Shown: piece by piece, positions 56,391-64,000 of the stretch
How positions within the stretch are numbered: position 1 is the first letter of the stretch
How the letters are laid out: each line of letters starts with the position of its first letter
Assembly: GCA_964016885.1 (NCBI GenBank)
Contig: OZ024743.1
Span: forward strand, 177,382,001-177,446,000
Reading direction: 5' to 3'
Source of the DNA: Eledone cirrhosa
Taxonomy: Eukaryota
DNA: 64,000 bases
Translations under genes and position numbers: made by a program
Notes under the pieces: generated by a model
Databases searched by the model: none
The model's input: only the letters and a program-made list of their open reading frames with translations
What the model was told of the DNA's origin: nothing

Positions 56391-57879
56391 TTTTCCATTT
56401 TGTCAGATCTTATGAAAGTGGGATTCATGTGGAGTATGTTTTGCATATTGTCAGATCTTATGAAACTGGGATTCATGTGGAGAATGTTTTCGACATTGTC
56501 AGATGTTATGAAACTGGGATTCATGTGGTGAATGTTTTCCATATTTTCAGATGTTACGAAAGTGGGATTCATGTGAGAATTTTTTTCCATATTGTCAGAT
56601 GTTAAGAAAGTGGGATTCATGTGGAGAATGTTTTGCATATTGTCAGATGTTATGAAAGTGGGATTCATGTGAGAATGTTTTCCATATTGTCAGATGTTAT
56701 GAAAGTGGCATTCATGTGGAGAATGTTTTGCATATTGTCAGATGTTATGAAAGTGGGATTAATGTGGAGAATATTTTCTAAATTGTCAGATTTTATGAAA
56801 GTGGGATTCATGTGGAGAATGTTTTCCATATTGTCAGATGTTATGAAAGTGGGATTAATGTGGAGAATGTTTTACATATTGTCAGATGTTATGAAAGTGG
56901 GATTCATGTGGAGAATGTTTTCCATATTGTCAGATCTTATGAAAGTGGGATTCATGTGGAGAATGTTATACATATTGTCCGATGATATGAAAGTGGGCTT
57001 CATGTGGAGAATGTTTTCCATTTTGTCAGATGTTATGAAAGTGGGATTAATGTGGAGAATGTTTTGCATATTGTCAGATGTTATGAAAGTGGGATTCATG
57101 TGGAGAATGTTTTACATATTGTCATATCTTAAGAAAGTGAGATTCATTTGGAGAATGTTTTGCATATTGTTAGATCTTATGAAAGTGGGATTCATGTGGA
57201 GAATGTTTTGCATATTGTCAGATCTTATGTAAGTGGGATTCATGTGGAGAATGTTTTGCATATTTTCAGATGTTATGAAAGTGGGATTAATGTGGAGAAT
57301 ATTTTCTAAATTGTCAGATTTTATGAAAGTGGGATTCATGTGGAGAATGTTTTCCATATTGTCAGATGTTATTAAAGTGGGATTAATGTGGAGAATGTTT
57401 TGCATATTGTCAGATGTTATGAAAGTGGGATTCATGTGGAGAATGTTTTCCATTTTGTCAGATCTTATGAAAGTGGGATTCATGTGGAGTATGTTTTGCA
57501 TATTGTCAGATCTTATGAAACTGGGATTCATGTGGAGAATGTTTTCGACATTGTCAGATGTTATGAAACTGGGATTCATGTTGAGAATGTTTTCCATATT
57601 TTCAGATGTTACGAAAGTGGGATTCATGTGAGAATTTTTTTCCATATTGTCAGATGTTATGAAAGTGGGATTCATGTGGAGAATGTTTTGCATATTGTCA
57701 GATGTTATGAAAGTGGGATTCATGTGAGAATGTTTTCCATATTGTCAGATGTTATGAAAGTGGCATTCATGTGGAGAATGTTTTGCATATTGTCAGATGT
57801 TATGAAAGTGGGATTAATGTGGAGAATATTTTCTAAATTGTCAGATTTTATGAAAGTGGGATTAATGTGGAGAATGTTT

Positions 57880-58360
57880 TGCATATTGTCAGATGTTATG
57901 AAAGTGGGATTCATGTGGAGAATGTTTTACATATTGTCATATCTTATGAAAGTGAGATTCATTTGGAGAATGTTTTGCATATTGTTAGATCTTATGAAAG
58001 TGGGATTCATGTGGAGAATGTTTTGCATATTGTCAGATCTTATGTAAGTGGGATTCATGTGGAGAATGTTTTCCATTTTGTCAGATCTTATGAAAGTGGG
58101 ATTCATGTGGAGTATGTTTTGCATATTGTCAGATGTTATGAAAGTGGGATTCATGTGGAGAATGTTTTACATATTGTCATATCTTATGAAAGTGAGATTC
58201 ATTTGGAGAATGTTTTGCATATTGTTAGATCTTATGAAAGTGGGATTCATGTGGAGAATGTTTTGCATATTGTCAGATCTTATGTAAGGGGAATTCATGT
58301 GGAGAATGTTTTCCATTTTGTCAGATCTTATGAAAGTGGGATTCATGTGGAGTATGTTTT
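57880..58360. repeat. Tandem duplication, 240-bp unit (5 monomers)
   Basis: AGTGAGATTCATTTGG lies at 57951 and 58191. TTATGTAAG and CCATTTTG repeat at the same offset. Confidence 0.8.
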
Positions 58361-59849
58361 GCATATTGTCAGATCTTATGAAACTGGGATTCATGTGGAG
58401 AATGTTTTCGACATTGTCAGATGTTATGAAACTGGGATTCATGTGGAGAATGTTTTCCATATTTTCAGATGTTACGAAAGTGGGATTCATGTGTGAATTT
58501 TTTTCCATATTCTCAGATGTTATGAAAGTGGGATTCATGTGGAGAATGTTTTGCATATTGTCAGATGTTATGAAAGTGGGATTCATGTGAGAATGTTTTC
58601 CATATTGTCAGATGTTATGAAAGTGGCATTCATGTGGAGAATGTTTTGCATATTGTCAGATGTTATGAAAGTGGGATTAATGTGGAGAATATTTTCTAAA
58701 TTGTCAGATTTTATGAAAGTGGGATTCATGTGGAGAATGTTTTCCATATTGTCAGATGTTATGAAAGTGGGATTAATGTGGAGAATGTTTTACATATTGT
58801 CAGATGTTATGAAAGTGGGATTCATGTGGAGAATGTTTTTCATTTTGTCAGATCTTATGAAAGTGGGATTCATGTGGAGTATGTTTTGCATATTGTCAGA
58901 TCTTATGAAACTGGGATTCATGTGGAGAATGTTTTCGACATTGTCAGATGTTATGAAACTGGAATTCATGTGGAGAATGTTTTCCCTATTTTCAGATGTT
59001 ACGAAAGTGGGATTCATGTGAGAATTTTTTTCCATATTGTCAGATGTTATGAAAGTGGGATTAATGTGGAGAATGTTTTGCATATTGTCAGATATTATGA
59101 AAGTGGGATTCATGTGAGAATGTTTTCCATATTGTCAGATGTTATGAAAGTGGCATTCATGTGGAGAATGTTTTGCATATTGTCAGATGTTATGAAAGTG
59201 GGATTAATGTGGAGAATATTTTCTAAATTGTCAGATTTTATGAAAGTGGGATTCATGTGGAGAATGTTTTCCATATTGTCAGATGTTATGAAAGTGGGAT
59301 TAATGTGGAGAATGTTTTACATATTGTCAGATGTTATGAAAGTGGGATTCATGTGGAGAATGTTTTCCATATTGTCAGATCTTATGAAATTGGGATTCAT
59401 GTGGAGAATGTTTTACATATTGTCCGATGATATGAAAGTGGGCTTCATGTGGAGAATGTTTTCCATTTTGTCAGATGTTATGAAAGTGGGATTAATGTGG
59501 AGAATGTTTTGCATATTGTCAGATGTTATGAAAGTGGGATTCATGTGGAGAATGTTTTGCATATTGTCAGATGTTATGAAAGTGGCATTCATGTGAGAAT
59601 GTTTTCCATATTGTCAGATGTTATGAAAGTGGGATTCATGTGGAGAATGTTTTGCATATTGTCAGATGTTATGAAAGTGGGATTCATGTGGAGAATGTTT
59701 TCCATATTGTCAGATGTTATGAAAGTGGGATTCATGTGGAGAATGTTTTGCATATTGTCAGATCTTATGAAACTGGGATTCATGTGGAGTAATGTTTTCC
59801 ATAATGTCAAATGTTACGAAAGTGGGATTCATGTGAGAATGTTTTGCAT

Positions 59850-61700
59850 ATTGTCAGATGTTATGAAAGTGGGATTAATATGGAGAATGTTTTACATATT
59901 GTCAGATGTTATGAAAGTGGGATTCATGTGGAGAATGTTTTGCATATTGTCAGATGTTATGAAAGTGGGATTAATGTGGAGAATATTTTCTATATTATCA
60001 GATTTTATGAAAGTGGGATTCATGTGGTGAATGTTTTCCATATGTGAAGAATGTTTTACATCTTGTCAGATGTTATGAAAGTGGGATTCATGTGGAGAAT
60101 GTTTTCCATATTGTCAGATGTTATGAAAGTGGGATTCATGTGGAGAATGTTTTACATATTGTCCGATGTTATGAAAGTGGGATTCATGTGGAGAATGTTT
60201 TCCATCTTATGAAAGTGGGATTCATGTGGAGTATGTTTTGCATATTGTCAGATCTTATGAAACTGGGATTCATGTGGAGAATGTTTTCGACATTGTCAGA
60301 TGTTATGAAACTGGGATTCATGTGGAGAATGTTTTCCATATTTTGAGATGTTACGAAAGTGGGATTCATGTGAGAATGTTTTCCATATTGTCAGATGTTA
60401 TGAAAGTGGCATTCATGTGGAGAATGTTTTGCATATTGTCAGATGTTATGAAAGTGGGATTAATGTGGAGAATATTTTCTAAATTGTCAGATTTTATGAA
60501 AGTGGGATTCATGTGGAGAATGTTTTCCATATTGTCAGATGTTATGAAAGTGGGATTAATGTGGAGAATGTTTTACATATTGTCAGATGTTATGAAAGTG
60601 GGATTCATGTGGAGAATGTTTTCCATATTGTCAGATGTTATGAAAGTGGGATTCATGTGGAGAATGTTTTGCATATTGTCAGATCTTATGAAACTGGGAT
60701 TCATGTGGAGTAATGTTTTCCATATTGTCAAATGTTACGAAAGTGGGATTCATGTGAGAATTTTTTACCATATTGTCAGATGTTATGAAAGTGGGATTAA
60801 TCTGGAGAATGTTTTACATATTGTCAGATGTTATGAAAGTGGGATTCATCTGGAGAATGTTTTGCATATTGTCAGATGTTATGAAAGTGGGATTAATATG
60901 GAGAATGTTTTACATATTGTCAGATGTTATGAAAGTGGGATTCATGTGGAGAATGTTTTGCATATTGTCAGATGTTATGAAAGTGGGATTAATGTGGAGA
61001 ATATTTTCTATATTATCAGATTTTATGAAAGTGGGATTCATGTGGTGAATGTTTTCCATATGTGGAGAATGTTTTACATCTTGTCAGATGTTATGAAAGT
61101 GGGATTCATGTCGAGAATGTTTTGCATATTGTCAGATGTTATGAAAGTGGGATTCATGTGGAGAATGATTCCAATATTGTCAGATGTTATGAAAGTGGGA
61201 TTCATGTGGAGAATGTTTTCCATCTTATGAAAGTGGGATTCATGTGGAGTATGTTTTGCATATTGTCAGATCTTATGAAACTGGGATTCATGTGGAGAAT
61301 GTTTTCGACATTGTCAGATGTTATGAAACCGGGATTCATGTGGAGAATGTTTTCCATATTTTCAGATGTTACGAAAGTGGGTTTCATGTGAGAATTTTTT
61401 TCCATATTGTCAGATGTTATGAAAGTGGGATTCATGTGGAGAATGTTTTGCATATTGTCAGATGTTATGAAAGTGGGATTCATGTGAGAATGTTTTCCAT
61501 ATTGTCAGATGTTATGAAAGTGGCATTCATGTGGAGAATGTTTTGCATATTGTCAGATGTTATGAAAGCGGGATTCATGTGGAGAATATTTTCTAAATTG
61601 TCAGATTTTATGAAAGTGGGATTCATGTGGAGAATGTTTTCCATATTGTCAGATGTTATGAAAGTGGGATTAATGTGGAGAATGTTTTACATATTGTCAG
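59850..61700. repeat. Tandem duplication, 1018-bp unit carrying 28-bp and 10-bp deletions
   Basis: ATTAATATGG lies at 59874 and 60892. Deletion junctions are at ~60043/~61061 and ~60205/~61223. The offset rises to 1114 (+2 monomers) by GTGGCATTC at ~60406/~61520. Confidence 0.8.
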
Positions 61701-64000
61701 ATGTTATGAAAGTGGGATTAATGTGGAGAATGTTTTCCATATTGTCCGATGTTATGAAAGTGGGCTTCATGTGGAGAATGTTTTCCATTTTGTCAGATGT
61801 TATGAAAGTGGGATTCATGTGGAGAATGTTTTCCATATTGTCAGATGTTATGAAAGTGGGATTCATGTGGAGAATGTTTTCCATATTGTCAGATCTTATG
61901 AAAGTGGGATTCATGTGGAGAATGCTTTGCATATTGTCAGATCTTATGAAAGTGGGATTCATGTGGAGAATGTTTTCCATATTGTCAGATGTTATGAAAT
62001 TGGGATTCATGTGGAGAATGTTTTGCATATTGTCAGATGTTATGAAAGTGGGATTCATGTGGAGAATGTTTTCCATATTGTCATATCTCATGAAAATGGG
62101 ATTCATGTGGAGAATGTTTCCCATATTGTCAGATGTTATGAAAATGGGATTCATGTGGAGAATGTTTTGCATATTGTCAGATGTTATGAAAGTGGGATTC
62201 ATGTGGAGAATGTTTTCCATTTTGTCAAATGTTACAAATGTAGGATTCATGCGGAGAATGTTTTGCATATTGTCAGATCTTATGGAAGTGGGATTCATGT
62301 GGAGAATGCTTTGCATATTGTCAGATGTTATGAAAGTGGGATTAATGTGGAAAATATTTTCTATATTGTCAGATTTTATGAAAGTGGGATTCATGTGGAG
62401 AATGTTTTCCATATTGTCAGATGTTATGAAAGTGGATTTCATGTGGAGAATATTTTACATATTGTCAGATGTTATGAAAGTGGGATTCATGTGGACAATG
62501 TTTTCCATATTGTCAGATGTTATGAAAGTGGGGTTCATGTGGAGAATGTTTTACATATTGTCAGATGTTATGAATGTGGGATTAATGTGGAGAATGTTTT
62601 CCATATTGTCAGATGTTATGAAAGTGGGATTAATGTGGAGAATATTTTCCATATTGTCAGATGTTATGAAAGTGGGATTCATGTGGAGAATGTTTTGCAT
62701 ATTGTCAGATGCTATGAAAGTGCGATTGATGTGGAGAATGTTTTGCATATTGTCTGATCTTATGAAAGTGGGATTCATGTAGAGAATGTTTTCCATATTG
62801 TCAGATGTTATGAAAGTGGGATTCATGTGGAGAATATTTTCCATATTGTCAGATCTTATGAAAGTGGGATTCATGTGGAGAATGTTTTGCATATTGTCAG
62901 ATCTTATGAAAGTGGGATTCATGTGGAGAATGTTTTACATATTGTCATATCTTATGAAAGTGGGATTCATTTGGAGAATGTTTTGCATATTGTTAGATCT
63001 TATGAAAGTGGGATTCATGTGGAGAATGTTTTGCATACTGTCAGATCTTATGTAAGTGGGATTCATGTGGAGAATGGTTTGCATATTGTTAGATGTTATG
63101 AATGTGGGATTAATGTGGAGAATGTTTTACATATTGTCAGATGTTATGAAAGTGGAATTCATGTGGAGAATGTTTTCCATATTGTCAAATCTTATGAAAC
63201 TGGGCTTCATGTGGAGTATGTTTTGCATATTGTCAGATCTTATGAAACTGGGATTCATGTGGAGAATGTTTTCCATATTGTCAGATGTTATGAAACTGGG
63301 ATTCATGTGGAGAATGTTTTCCATATTTTCAGATGTTACGAAAGTGGGATTCATGTGATAATTTTTTTCCATATTGTCAGATGTTATGAAAGTGGGATTC
63401 ATGTGGAGAATGTTTTGCATATTGTCAGATGTTATGAAAGTGGGATTCATGTGGAGAATGTTTTCCATATTGTCAGATGTTATGAAAGTGGGATTCATGT
63501 GGAGAATGTTTTGCATATTGTCAGATGTTATGAAAGTGGGATTAATGTGGAGAATATTTTCTATATTATCAGATTTTATGAAAGTGGGATTCATGTGGTG
63601 AATGTTTTCCATATGTGGAGAATGTTTTACATCTTGTCAGATGTTATGAAAGTGGGATTCATGTGGAGAATGTTTTGCATATTGTCAGATGTTATGAAAG
63701 TGGGATTCATGTGGAGAATGTTTTACATATTGTCCGATGTTATGAAAGTGGGATTCATGTGGAGAATGTTTTCCATCTTATGAAAGTGGGATTCATGTGG
63801 AGTATGTTTTGCATATTGTCAGATCTTATGAAACTGGGATTCATGTGGAGAATGTTTTCGACATTGTCAGATGTTATGAAACTGGGATTCATGTGGAGAA
63901 TGTTTTCCATATTTTCAGATGTTACGAAAGTGGGTTTCATGTGAGAATTTTTTTCCATATTGTCAGATGTTATGAAAGTGGGATTCATGTGGAGAATGTT

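Larger units (their letters stand above)
1..64000. repeat. 48-bp tandem satellite array, ~1,330 head-to-tail monomers in a single orientation, extending beyond both window ends
   Basis: The consensus TCAGATGTTATGAAAGTGGGATTCATGTGGAGAATGTTTT(G/C/A)CATATTG recurs every 48 bp from base 1 to the end, with occasional 47- and 49-bp and rarer deleted monomers. All translated ORFs show 16-aa periodicity. No non-repeat sequence was seen. Confidence 0.99.
12386..64000. repeat. Satellite subfamily domain B (47-bp CATGTGAGAATG monomers; TTACGAAA, AAACTGGG, ATTAATCTGG and GAGTAATG variants)
   Basis: First TTACGAAA at ~12388 and first GTGAGAATTTT at ~12407. These variants then recur to the window end, while the ATTGAT and GATTTCC variants of domain A nearly vanish. 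Confidence 0.85.

Noticed and set aside
1-64000. Protein-coding genes from the ORF track (HIVRCYESG..., MKVGFMWRMF..., MNPTFITSDN... repeats)
   Set aside because: A 48-bp unit with three stop-free frames produces overlapping ORFs automatically. The ORFs switch frame at indels, lack unique domains and show no synonymous bias.
1-64000. CRISPR array
   Set aside because: There are no unique spacers. The whole 48-bp unit is repeated with only point variants, and no cas genes or leader are present.
1-64000. Diversity-generating or antigenic-variation cassette system, or an information-encoding array
   Set aside because: There is no reverse transcriptase, recombinase or expression locus. Variant patterns are explained by block duplication of monomers.
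1-64000. Telomeric repeat or G-quadruplex array suggested by the G-rich strand
   Set aside because: There is only one GGG run per 48 bp and no short canonical telomere motif. A long, satellite-type telomeric role cannot be assessed from this window.
1-64000. Assignment to a named 48-bp satellite (e.g. human CER/D22Z3)
   Set aside because: The shared unit length is the only link. I could not recognise convincing sequence identity, and a Dfam or Repbase search is needed.
1-64000. Transposon insertions, inversions, tRNA/rRNA genes, promoters or terminators
   Set aside because: No interruption or strand switch of the array was seen. Any short regulatory-like motif would simply recur with every monomer and has no independent support.

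Overview
All 64,000 bp are one uninterrupted, head-to-tail tandem array (satellite DNA) of a 48-bp monomer, about 1,330 copies. The consensus is TCAGATGTTATGAAAGTGGGATTCATGTGGAGAATGTTTT(G/C/A)CATATTG (about 35% GC, strongly G-over-C skewed, no CpG). I saw no unique sequence, gene, RNA gene, transposon, inversion or CRISPR spacer. The hundreds of ORFs arise because 48 is divisible by 3 and three of the six frames of the consensus lack stop codons. The informative signal is the array's internal architecture: (i) a sharp switch of monomer subfamily near 12.4 kb; (ii) local tandem duplications of 0.24-3.5 kb; (iii) a highly homogeneous ~2.1-kb (41-45-monomer) higher-order repeat core at ~35.8-56.4 kb, flanked on both sides by related, older sequence, which resembles layered expansion in centromere-type satellites; (iv) dyad symmetry within the monomer; and (v) a linked double-deletion haplotype present three times near the right end. 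The source is probably eukaryotic heterochromatic or (peri)centromeric DNA, but this is inference and I cannot identify the organism or satellite family. I found no support for a novel gene-based system. Block boundaries were read by eye and are approximate; offsets come from diagnostic variants and the ORF track.
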